DNA of 64,000 bases from Octopus vulgaris (taxonomy: Eukaryota), in assembly GCA_951406725.2 (NCBI GenBank), contig OX597839.1:17670001-17734000 (forward strand). The letters are read 5' to 3'. A model generated the notes under the pieces. That model was not told the DNA's origin. It saw only the letters and a list, made by a program, of their open reading frames with translations, and did not search any database. Shown piece after piece: positions 52,452 to 64,000 of this stretch. Every line of letters begins with the position of its first letter. The stretch's first letter is position 1. The position numbers were made by a program, and so were the translations under genes.

Positions 52452-53003
52452 GACAAGGAACTTATGTCAGCATCATGATGAACAAAAACTTTTAGATGAC
52501 TGCCCACACGGAGTCCATAGTGATAATGAATGTTTCTTTAAAATATTAGTTGAATGGAGAAGATTCTAGAAAGTTCAAGAGTTCAAAATAGGTTGGGAGG
52601 GGAGAGTTCTAAGAATAGGAAGGTGACAGGGTGCAAGTCGTATGTATGGTGATGTGTTGTTGTTTGCTTTTGCTAATGAGATTGAGTGCCTATGTGTGTG
52701 TGTATATATAACTGCATTCGTGTCTATGTGTGTGTATGTGTGTGCGTGATTGTGTGGGGGGGGGATAGATGCCAAAAACAACTAGTGGTGAAGTGACAGG
52801 TTTGTGTCTGTGTGTTTGATTGTGTTTACGATAGAGAGAGGGAGAGAGAGAGAGAGAGGTGGGAGAGGTAGAGAGACAAAGGTAAAACATACCCCAACGA
52901 ATTTGGTAGTAGTCCTTCATGAAACGGAGTATAAACCTAATTATCCATACTAGGATAATTCATTCAACTACTTAAATATATATATATATATGTATATATA
53001 TAC

Positions 53004-53049
<46 letters not shown>

Positions 53050-53569
53050 CATCATCATCATCATTTCACATCTGCTTTCCATGCTAGCATGGCTTGGACG
53101 ATTTTGACTGAGGGCTGGCGAGCCAGATGGCTGCACCAGGCTCCAATCAATGTATATATATATATACATAATATCTGTGTGTATATATATATATATACAT
53201 AGTATATCTATGTGCATATATATATATATATATATATATGTAAAATGAGATAGGGGTTGTAAATTCAACCCTCCATGGGATAACATATATCCAGTATACT
53301 GCTAGAGAAGTACCCAACAAAGCTAATACATAAATGTTAAAAATTGCGATGCAATTAATTCATTTACTGTATTAGGTGGGCAAAGGTAAAATCATTTTTA
53401 CCGTAAATTAATAATACAAAATGAGAAAATGGAGAAATATATCTAAATCAATCATCAACTATAAGATAATACCGAATCAATACTTTATTAAAACACTACA
53501 CAATAGCAATGATATTATACATTAATATAGTACAAATATAACAAGACATAGAAATACATTTACATTGTA

Positions 53570-53681
53570 GCTGACAGCTGTTTCGGCCATGAAGGCAGGT
53601 ATGTCCCATTTAACCTATTAGCCATATAATGCAGGTATAAATGAGACATTAACAAGAATATCTTACGGCCTCTTCAGAGAT
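53570..53681 (-). ncRNA. Type I hammerhead ribozyme motif (GUC site)
   Basis: Reverse complement reads ATCT CTGAAGA GGCCGT...ATGGCC GAAA CAGCTG TC AGCT; helix I has one mismatch. Confidence 0.82.
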
Positions 53682-54299
53682 TTTAATGCAAGTATGAGTA
53701 CAAATCCTAAATAATTTACATATAAATATAAATATGTGTGCATACATACTCATATTCTTACATATATATATATACACAATAATACAATATAAACAATATA
53801 GATCAATATACATCAACAAACACAATAATGTTCCATATTGAACTCCACAGCTCCTCAACCAACATCAAGAAACCACAACAGACACACTCACACTCAATGC
53901 AGGCATGTATATTAAACAGTTCAATATATTAAAATGTGTCACTTCACAAAAAGCCAATAAAGTTAATACCACCACCACGGTACCATCCAATGCAAGCGGA
54001 CATCCGCATATATATGCAATCAGTCGAATTCCTCTGTTTGCATGGTATTAATTTTCACAGATGCATTCGATTGGCCTATACTTTTAAATTTGAATTACAA
54101 TAGAAATTTTACGGTTAGTTAGCTAGGAAACATACACACGCGCACGCACATCCACAAAACGTGCGCACATACATACATAGTCATATGTATACACACACAC
54201 ACACATACACACATACATACCCACATACACAACCAAATCATAAATAACATAAGAGGTACTACACACACACACACACACACACACATAGGATTGCGAATG

Positions 54300-54660
54300 G
54301 ATATGGATTACTAATGGAGATACTGTATGCAGATGACTTTGTTCTGATGAGTGAGAAGATGAAAGGATTGAGAGAGAAGTTTTGGAAATGGAAGGAGGCA
54401 TTTGAAAACAAGGGATGAAGGTAAACAAATGACTGAGACATGTAAAAGAGTATAGACATCAAGAAATATTAACAGTGAAATAAAGAAAAAAAATTATTTA
54501 AATTCTATGTGGATCCACTCTGTTATACATAACTGAAAAATGGACATTAACAAAAATATTGTGAGATAGATTATAAATGCCTTTGAAATTTTAGAAAACT
54601 TTTGAGAGAATAGCATGGAGAAGACACAACACCAATGATGAGGTTCCAAAAGTGGCAAAA
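54300..54660 (+). mobile_element. Degenerate RTE-clade RT fragments
   Basis: LLMEILYADDFVLMSE..KFWKWKEAFENKG (YADD at 54326-54337), then TLLYITEKWTLTK..INAFE..RIAW..TNDEV. Confidence 0.85.
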
Positions 54661-55329
54661 TGTAAGAATATTTTATGTCATCATCAAATAAAAAAGAAAA
54701 ACTAAAAGTCTGAGGCTCATCATTTCCTGCTCTCTCCGCCTGTGGAAGAATGCACACTAACATGAGATAGTTACCACCATGGTATGAATCTATGTTATTG
54801 GACATACCTCATGTTAGTTTTATCAACCAGCATCTTCTATGTTGGCTTACGGCATGTTGGAAGATGGTATTAATTTTAGAGTTTTCCTTCTCCAAGATTG
54901 ACTACTTCCATTGCATCTAAGGAGCTCAATATAACCTTCCAAATAATTATTTAATCCACAGACGGGACTCCGAGGGTATATTGTTAGTAAGGAAGGATTT
55001 ATAGAGATTGTTAAGAGAAAGCAAAAGGAATGGAAGAAAAGAAGAAACCCATGAATTATATGGATGGATAATATGAAAATATTTTTTTTTTGTAATTTTT
55101 CTTGAGCTCCAGGACTCATAGCACTGATTACTCAGTTTCCATGACAAACTGACATCTTCTGAATTTGTAGGCCTCTTCTTTCCCTTCTTTGTAATCTCTT
55201 ACATCTTACACTACAGTGGCCTCAAGACTTGTTTGGAACAAAATCATAAATAGATAAAAAAAAAGGAAATTCAGTGGGCATCTACACAGTTCCTCTTTAT
55301 AAAATTACCCTTATCAGGTATTGAATGGA

Positions 55330-55560
55330 GGTATATGGCTAGTGGTTCAGGTGTTACACTCATGATGCTAAGATTGTGGTTTCGATACCTGGACCAGGCA
55401 ATGCATTGTGTCCTTGAGCAAAAACACTTCATTTCCCTTTGTTCCAATCCACTCAGATGACAAAAAGTTTTTATCCTGTGATGGACCAGCATCTCATCCA
55501 GGGGTATGGGTGTATATGCCACAGAACCTGGGAAACTAGCCATATGAGCTTCTGGCTTAG
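55330..55560 (+). mobile_element. Older tRNA-derived SINE related to the family D head
   Basis: ggctagtggtt..ggtttcgatacc..tgtgtccttgagcaaaaacacttcatttc; related fragments at 31495, 34560 (-) and 57420 (-). Confidence 0.65.
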
Positions 55561-56435
55561 AAAGGACCTTTGGTCCACCAGATATAATCACTGCTATAAT
55601 AAACGATACTTGATAAGGGGTCACACAGTGTGATCAAACCCTGAACCAGGCAGTTGGTTGCAAAATGTATTACTCATATATTTCTCATGCCATAAGCTGA
55701 AGTAAAGTGAAAGTTTATGAAAATTAGATATTCAGATGTTTTGAGAGAGATGATGATAATGATGACAATGACAATGGTTGTGATGATAATGATGATGTTG
55801 TTACTGTTGTTACCATTGCTACTGCTCTCCAGGTTAGCCCTGATGGAACAGAGGCCTACAATCAATAGCATTCTGGCCACAACCATTTCATTCATTTCTC
55901 ACAAATGGCAGCAAAAGGACTTCAACAAATCTAGCCGACAGATTGATTGATTGACTGACCAATTAATCAAACAATCAATTAGTTAATTGTTAAATAGTTA
56001 ACCAATTGACAAATAAAAAATAAAGAAGTGAAATAGAATCAGTGCCTGTGTCTATTGTTTTCGTAATGACTGCCACAAGAGAGAACAATATGTTTTTTTT
56101 AATAATCTATGTTTTTCCGTCAGACTTTATTTTTTCTCTTTATATTATTCTTCACTTGTTACTCATTTGGTGTAACCTTCAATCAACTTCTCCAATCAAG
56201 GAAGAAGCTAGAGAGAAACCATGAATGTCACAACTTCCATAGTTTTATTTATTTATTTCCTCCATACACTCCCTGCTGCAATTCCAATATATTCCTTGTA
56301 AGAAATCATTATTTCACTTTAGTACTTGTCCCAACAATTCATTCAGATATCTAAATTCTTCAAAATCATTGAAATTACATTAGAAGAGAAAAGCTTTTAA
56401 AATACAAAGTATAAATTGTGTATATACATATATAT

Positions 56436-56501
<66 letters not shown>

Positions 56502-57556
56502 TCACATACCCACACACTCACACATGCACATACACACACACAACACACACATATGTATATATATAATGTCTTTGTGTGTGTCTGTGTGAATATAGTATAT
56601 ATTTTTATGTGTCCATGAAACAATATCTGTGTGTATATCTAGGATGTCTTTGTGTGCTTTGCATAGCTATATGCCCCAGCATGGTCACAGCTCGTGAGCT
56701 GAAACTAGATAAAATATAAAATAAAATATCTATATAGTTACTTATGTGTGGTCATAAAATATGTGTATGTGTATTTATCTGTATGTATGTGTGTGTGCAT
56801 ATGTGTTCACTGTATGATGCACATATGTGAGTTAGTGTGAATGCAAGTATTTGTGTATCTACCTAGAATTTCTGTATCTGTGTATGGGTACATTGAATGT
56901 CCTGTATATTTATGTATTTGTATCTGTATAGAATGTCTATATATATATATATGTCTGTGTACATAGTACGCATATATCTGTGTACATGCATTGAATGCCT
57001 GTGTGTATATATATGTATATGTGAGAAGAACTGAAGTGACAATGAGATAATAGAAATATAACATAGATCCTTAAAAAATATCTCTTCAGTATCAATGAAT
57101 TCATACTTCATTAATTAATGTGTTAATTAGAATGACCCTATATAGTTTGGAAAGTAAAGAAAATAATTCCTTCAGGACAAATTTAGTATATTTTTAGTTT
57201 CTACATTACTGCAATGACATTCTGTATACAATCTTGCTACAAGACAAATTTTTGAATACTTTGCTTTTTGTCTCAACTCATAATATTATCTAAAATACTT
57301 TAGTGACTTTCTGTATATGAACTACTTCTAAGACAAATTTTAACTTTTGGTTATCCCTAAAGCTTAAGACATTGCCTCCATAACTGTGTATTGGTATTTT
57401 TGTAACAAATGTTGATGGAAAGGGAACTGGAGCAATGTGAAATGATGAGTTTTGCTCAAGAGCACAATGCTCTGCCTGGTCTGGGAATTGAACCCATATA
57501 TATAAATATGCGTGTGTTTGTGTATTATTGACTCCTTTCCTTCATATCATATGATA

Positions 57557-57785
57557 AGGTGGCGAGCTGGCAAAACCGTTAGCATGCCAGGCGAAATGCG
57601 TAGCCGTATTTTGTCTGCTGTTATGTTCTAAGTTCAAATTCCGCTGAGGTCGACATTGCCTTTCATCCTTTCGGGGTCGATAAATTAAGTACCAGTTACA
57701 CACTGGGGTTGATGTAATCAACTCAATTCGTTTGTCTGTCCTTGTTTATCCCCTCTATGTTTAGCCCCTTGTGGGCAATAAAAAA
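57557..57785 (+). mobile_element. Family C SINE
   Basis: Matches 45062-45293. Confidence 0.88.
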
Positions 57786-58776
57786 ACACATACTTGTAAA
57801 TGAAAGTCACCATAAGCAATTGGGCACCTACATTTCCAATCTTCTGTGAAAACATTTCTGGTTGTGTATCACCTTGCTTGGAAATAGGTGAGGGTAGATG
57901 ACAGGAAGGGCATTTGACCACAGAAAATCCACCTCAACAAAATTCTGTCCAACCCATAAAAAACTGGATGTTGAAACAACGATGATAAAAATGTCGTACA
58001 GTAGCCACAATAACAGCAGAAGTAAGGTTTGAACACTTTGATTATTATGTAGTGAGTCATTAAGTCTCGTAGACACTGTGCCTCTCTCACTCAAGTTTGA
58101 AAAAAGTACTTTTAAAACACTTTTCAAGCTTTAAACCTTTTAATTAAATTTAATTTCACTGAGCTGTTTTATATTTTCATTTTCATGTTTTTTTTCAAAA
58201 ATACCTATCAATAAATTATACATAGCCGCTAGCAAAGTCTGAACACAAACTACTTAAAGTAATTAGCTATTTACTGAAAATGTTCTTATCTGTAAAACTT
58301 ATCTAAACACACCAATACATTTTTATTATTTCTGATAAGTTACTTATTTCAAACTACCAGCACTCTGCTAGGTAATAAAATTTTCATTAGCCAGCATCGT
58401 GATCGCGTCTTGTATTTCATAGAACTTAAATGAAATTTTAGCAACACACAACTTTTGATGTTGTATCATCATCACAGCTGTCATCATCATCATTGTCTAT
58501 CATCATCATCATCATCATCATCATATGTGATTATAAGACTGGATCCAGCAGAATCTGCAGAAGGAGCCTTCATGTTTCAACAGAGGGGTAGGCAGCTGTG
58601 TCAATGCATTGTGGAGTGCAGAGAGTAAGATGAGGCAAGTAAGACATCTTGGTTATCCATTGCATCTGTCTCTATCCTCAGTTGTCTTGACTTGGTCTTG
58701 CCATTGGACTGAAGATGGTCATGAACCCATGAGTGATGTTGATGGTATGCAACTCTTTAAGGCGGTGAACTGGCTA

Positions 58777-59010
58777 AGGCGGCAAGCTGGCAGAAAGGTT
58801 AGCACGCCGGGTGAAATGCTCAGTGGTATTTCGTCTGCCACTACATTATGAGTTCAAATTCCGCCGAGGTCGACTTTGCCTTTCATCCTTTTGGGGTCGA
58901 CTAAATAAGTACCAGTTACGCACTGGGGTCAATATAATCGACTTAATCCGTTTGTCTGTCCTTGTTTGTCCTCTCTGTGTTTAGGCCCTTGTGGGTAGTA
59001 AAGAAATAGG
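58777..59010 (+). mobile_element. Family C SINE
   Basis: Matches 45062-45293; ggtatgcaa.tcttt occurs on both sides as a likely TSD. Confidence 0.88.
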
Positions 59011-59324
59011 TATGCAATTCTTTTTCACTTTAAACAAACTCACCACAAGTCATCAGTCATCCTTGAATGATGACTAGATTGTTCTTGTCACTCTGATGGA
59101 TAAACATATTTAATTGTATAATACCTCTATAATCTTCTCTTCTCTTCCCTTTCTTATTTCAGTCATTAGACTGCAACCATGCTGGGGTACTACCTTGAAG
59201 GATTATATATATATATATATATATATAAATTATAAATATCATTACATTACAATAGTATTATTTTCAATACAATAGTAGTAAAAATTGGTATCTTGTGCTA
59301 CTATTTCTTATATATATATATATA

Positions 59325-59577
59325 TTGATAAAAACGGTAAGATAACAAAAGAAAGAAAGATACCTCAATATTATGTAAATAGAGGAAATTTATCTGTAAA
59401 ATAATATGTGGCAATTATTCAATACCCAAGATAAAACTCTGAGTTTCGGATGCCGAGGTAGAAATCCACAACACCAGATAACCAAAGAGATGGTGTTGTA
59501 GATTTCCACCTCGGCATCCGAAAATCAGAGTTTTATCTTGGCTATTGAATAATTGCCACATATTATTTTACAGATAT
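59325..59577 (-). mobile_element. Fold-back HHR element (hairpin 59391-59576), same family as 7907-8225
   Basis: The right arm holds AGATAA CCAAAGA..GAAA ATCAGAG TT TTATCT (59476-59538, +). Confidence 0.82.
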
Positions 59578-59615
59578 ATATTTCATGTTTTATTATTTGC
59601 AATTTTTACAACTTT

Positions 59616-59660
59616 ACATTACTAGTACTTTCATGTGTTGTGCAATCATCAGGTTTATGT
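59616..59660 (-). ncRNA. Hammerhead-like motif in the loop of hairpin 59581-59728
   Basis: Reverse complement reads ACATaaAC CTGATGA ttgcacaacacat GAAA GTAC TA GTaATGT; palindromic helix III AGTACT, weak helix II. Confidence 0.55.
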
Positions 59661-61140
59661 AGTGACAGTCATGTTCCACAATTGACATCTATAAAAATGT
59701 AAAAATTGCAAATAAAAAAATGTGGAAATCAGACTAAGTTAGAATTTCATTAATTAATATGCATATATATATGGAACATTGGCTCTTGAAGCAGATGATA
59801 AAGCTTTAAATATTTATACCCTATTATTTATGGCTTTATCATCTGCTTTGAGATCTAAGGTTCCAAGAAAAAATTATTTCATGGTCTCTTGGAATTTATA
59901 AATTCTTATAATATCAATATATACATATATTAGTTGTATATCATACAGGATGCATATGACTCTTGACTGATAATCTAAGGTCTCAAAAATAATGTATTAT
60001 CCACCCATTAATGTAATTCCAACACACATTAACAACTGACTAAACCAAATTACCTCCAACAAGTAAAAGTCTGAAAACAAGCATGGACATTTAGGAAAAA
60101 CTTATGAAAATGCTTAGACCAGGCAATGGGTGAATTGATGCCATTATGTTTAGTTTTTTATCTAATTAACCCCTAAATTAATGAAATTACTGTAAAAACA
60201 TATTTAAAAATGAAAGTAGAAGCATTTATATTTTTTCTGAATTTCTGAAGTGAAGAATTATCATTGAAATGTTTAATTTAGTATAAATCCATTTGCCTAG
60301 GGTTATGCCATACTGATGGTTTCAAATAAGGATGAAATGGTACTATACATGGCTACTTGTAAATAGAAAAAACAAAATTTAAGATATTGTATTGAGCAAA
60401 AAAAAGATATATGTGAATTCAAGGCATCTTCTTTCTTACAATTCAACTTATGAGGAAAGCGTTAGATCAGGGTTGTTGGAGGGAAGATGCTGAGGCATTC
60501 GTCCAACAGTGGACTGAAAAGTCCTTGTAAATGAAACATCCCCAGTACTAAATAAATGTACGTAGAAGGTAATGATACCCCTATACAAAAGAGTTTATAC
60601 ATACACAGGTAGATATGATAGTAGGCTGTTATGTAGACGTATACATATATATATAAATAGGTAAATGCATATGTAAGTAAACAGATAGATAAGTAGATAG
60701 GTAAGTACATAGGTAATATGGACATACAAGCACACACACACAAATGTACAGACATGAACACACAAACATGAATATGCAGAATACATACATAAAAAGGTAC
60801 ACACATGCATACATATATATATGCATACACATACACATCTACATATGTGTATACACATGCATACTGATGCACATACATGTGCACAAATAAACAAATAGAA
60901 TGCAGCTCAGATAACAGTCAACAACTATTGAAGAGGTTGTAAGAAGCAACGGAAATTTTAGATAAAATAATTAAGTAAATGAGTGGAAATCAAACCAGAG
61001 AGTGTGTTAATTAATAAGGCATTCAAGCAGAATGACTCTCCCCAGGCACAATAAAATATGTTTCAATACACAAATTCACATAAAGAATCTTACAAACCAA
61101 ATACAAAAACAAAATATATGTATTTATATAATGTCTTTTA

Positions 61141-61530
61141 GTGTTTTACTTGTTTCAGTCATTTGAGTGTGGCCATGCTGGAGCACTGCCTCAAAGGGTT
61201 TTTAGTTAAAGAAATCAACCTCAGGACTTATTCTTTGTAAGCCTAGTACTTGTTCTATTGATCACTTTTACTGATCTGCTAAGTTACGGGGATGTAATCA
61301 CCAACATCATTTGTCATGTGAAGGTGGTGGGAACAAACACAGACACAAAGACACACACACATACATAAATATATACATGGGCTTCTTTCAGTTTCTGTCT
61401 GCCAAATCCACTCACAAGGCTTTGGTCGGCCCGAGGCTATAAAAGAAGACACTTGCCTAAGGTGCTATGCAGTGGGACTGAACCTGGAACCATGTGGTTG
61501 GGAAACAAGCTTCTTACCATACAGCCACAC
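61141..61530 (-). mobile_element. Family A SINE
   Basis: Reverse complement of 17011-17462. Confidence 0.88.
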
Positions 61531-61652
61531 ATACACACATACATATGTAGTTAATCCAAACATGAAAACACAAAGAGAAAACACAACAACATGAGGATGT
61601 GGAACAAGTATAGTGTTATTGGACGCTCAGGAAAGGAAGAACAAAAGGAGGA

Positions 61653-61685
61653 TTTAACATTTCAAGTGGAGCTCTTTGTCAGAAA
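61653..61685 (-). ncRNA. CpG-decayed minimal hammerhead
   Basis: Reverse complement reads TTT CTGACAA A GAGC-tcc-ACTT GAAA TG TT AAA. Reverting CpG transitions gives CTGACGA A GAGC tcc GCTC GAAA CG TT. Confidence 0.6.
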
Positions 61686-62274
61686 CATAGGAAAAGGAAA
61701 CATCCAAGGAAGGGAAGATGGAGGAAAAAAAATTGCCAACGGTACACACGCGGTCACATTTTGAATGTATATATATATATATAGTTCTTTACTTTCGAGA
61801 AATATTTTTTTACACAATTGCTTGAAACTGATCAGGTCGGACACAAGACACTAGACATTATACAACTTTGTTTGAGAAGAGACAAAATTTAGTTAATTAT
61901 CCTATAGTTATGATTTACATCAACATAGTAAATACATATAACACAATAAATACACCAAGACAAGGAACATATCAATATATTAATTAGAATAGAAATAAGA
62001 AATATACATGTAAAAATATACTTGAAAAGGATAAATAAAGAAAGAGTGATACATCGATTCAAAATTATATTAAATATAAGATTAAGAATGTTGAATTAAG
62101 AATTATAAGTTGTTGGTACATCAACAGCAGTGGGAAATCTTAATGATGGATTTGAAAGTCAGAGAAATAATAAGGATAAATTTGTTCCAACTTCATTATG
62201 GTCTTCTTCTCCTTCTTTTTTCTGGATGTGGTGTCTACTCAATCAGTTAGGTGGTGTCCACTTATCCTTTAAGC

Positions 62275-62588
62275 ATCATCATCATCATCATCGTTTAACG
62301 TCCGTTCTCCATGCTAGCATGGGTTGGACGGTTCGACCAGGGATCTGGGAAGCCAGAAGGCTGCACCAGGCTCCAGTCTTATCTGGCAATGTTTCTACAG
62401 CTGGATGCCCTTCCTAACACCAACCACTCCGTGAGTGTAGTGTGTGCTTTTTACGTGCCACCTGCACAGGTGCCAGGCGAGGCTGGCAACAGCCACGGTC
62501 TGATTGGTGCATTTTACGTGCCACCGGCACGGAAGCCAGTTGAGGCGGCACTGGCATCGGCCACAATTCGGATGGTGCTTTTTACGTG
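62275..62588 (-). mobile_element. Young family B RTE-X 3'UTR copy
   Basis: Near-identical to 1306-1645. Confidence 0.88.
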
Positions 62589-62805
62589 TATATATATTAC
62601 CTTTTATTTGCTTCAGTCAGACTGTGACCATGCGATGGTACCACCTTAAAGAATTTTAGTCGGACTTATTGAGCCCTGTACCTTTGAATGAGTGGTACTT
62701 ATTCTGTTGATTTCTTTTGCCAACCACTAAGTTATGGAGACGTAAAACACACCAATACCAGTTGTCAAGTATTAGTGGAAGACGAATACGCAAAGACACA
62801 CAAAC

Positions 62806-62846
<41 letters not shown>

Positions 62847-62885
62847 TTATTCAATATATATATATAAGGTTTATTCAATATATAT

Positions 62886-62936
62886 ATAAGGTTTATTCAA
62901 AGCAATGAATAGCTTATGACGAAACCATGGTAAGCT
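62886..62936 (+). ncRNA. 5'-truncated hammerhead (helix II plus GAAA CCATGG TA, no CUGANGA)
   Basis: ataaggtttattca-aagcaa-tgaatagcttat gac GAAA CCATGG TA agct. Confidence 0.55.
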
Positions 62937-63227
62937 TTGCTTTCTGACTTTTTAATCATCTCATAATAATGACTTTTATGACTTTTATTACTACCTCAGT
63001 TCATCTAAATGTATATATCTGTTGTTACCTTTCATAAAAAGCCTTTTCTTTTTTTATTTACAATATGCATTTTCATTGATTTTTCTTAATTTCCCCTTAC
63101 ATTTCCACGTGTATTTTATATTTTCTTTTTGTAACATATTTCTACTATATATAGGCGGCGAGCTGGCAGAAACGTTAGCACGCCGGGCGAAATGCGTAGC
63201 TGTATTTCGTCTGTCGTCACGTTCCGA

Positions 63228-63263
<36 letters not shown>

Positions 63264-64000
63264 GGTCTTCTTCGGTTTCCATCTACTAAATCCACTCGCA
63301 AGGTGTCACACTGTGGGACTGAACCCAGAACCATGTGACTGGGAAGCAAACTTCTTACTTCAGTAACATAAAAACTTTTATTCCATAAGTCCCAAGTTAT
63401 TCTGGCAGTTGAAAACAAATCAGGAGTATGTATCATATATAATACATGGATGCCAGGAAAATATGTCCCATGTATTACATGTGGCACACAGCATAGGCAA
63501 AGGGTTAAGTCGACGACTATGAGTGTCCTCTGTAACACTGTGTCAGTGTGGAAACAAAAATCGATATTTTAACGATGGAAAAAAAATAATAGTTTCATTT
63601 TGTTTTTTGATGTGTTTGATGGTGTGAGACTTCTTAGTAACCAGTTGCAATAGATTCTATATATTCACACCCAGAACCACCAAGTGGTGGAGTGAACTTC
63701 TTACTAAGTCACACGATGTAAATATAATGTGACATTTTAATGGGGATATTTATTATATAAATGACTCAAAACTTTTATACAGAATCCTCGCAAGTTTTAG
63801 AACTTCAAGTAATGTCTGTTCAAGTTTCTGTTTCCAAGAAAGAATTATTCTAATATATATCTAAAGTACCAAGAACAAAACAAAACAAAACAAGGCAAAA
63901 CAAACAAAAAACAAACGAATGAAAAGCCACCTAAATAATTTATTTGCCATTATCTACTTATCTATTATTACTAATTGATTAATTAATTTTCATTTATCTA

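Noticed and set aside
54595-54661. Apparent exon (ttttag|AAAACT...AAAAT|gtaaga)
   Set aside because: The translation matches the RTE post-RT region (INAFE..RIAW..TNDEV), so it is better explained as a LINE remnant.

Overview
AT-rich, microsatellite-saturated eukaryotic DNA. The SINE, RTE and (TA)n content strongly suggests an octopus/cephalopod intron or intergenic region (inference). No complete gene is present, and almost all supplied ORFs are microsatellite or repeat artefacts. I can support one good candidate coding exon (45341-45448, +), a mariner transposase remnant, several RTE-clade LINE fragments, at least three tRNA-derived SINE families, many 5'-truncated RTE-X 3'UTR copies, and piggyBac-like and Tc1-like MITEs. 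The main hidden signal is about 15 type-I hammerhead ribozyme (HHR) motifs from about 9 sequence families, all found by eye. They lie in short elements embedded in (TA)n tracts, often as fold-back hairpins carrying both a sense and an antisense ribozyme. They match the minimal HHR architecture of Penelope-like elements (palindromic helix III). Some have unusual cores: a compensatory G3-C8 core (GUGAACA), a U4C core in a tandem dimer, and an A6U core. All folds were derived manually and none has been tested computationally. Coordinates of degenerate repeats are approximate.
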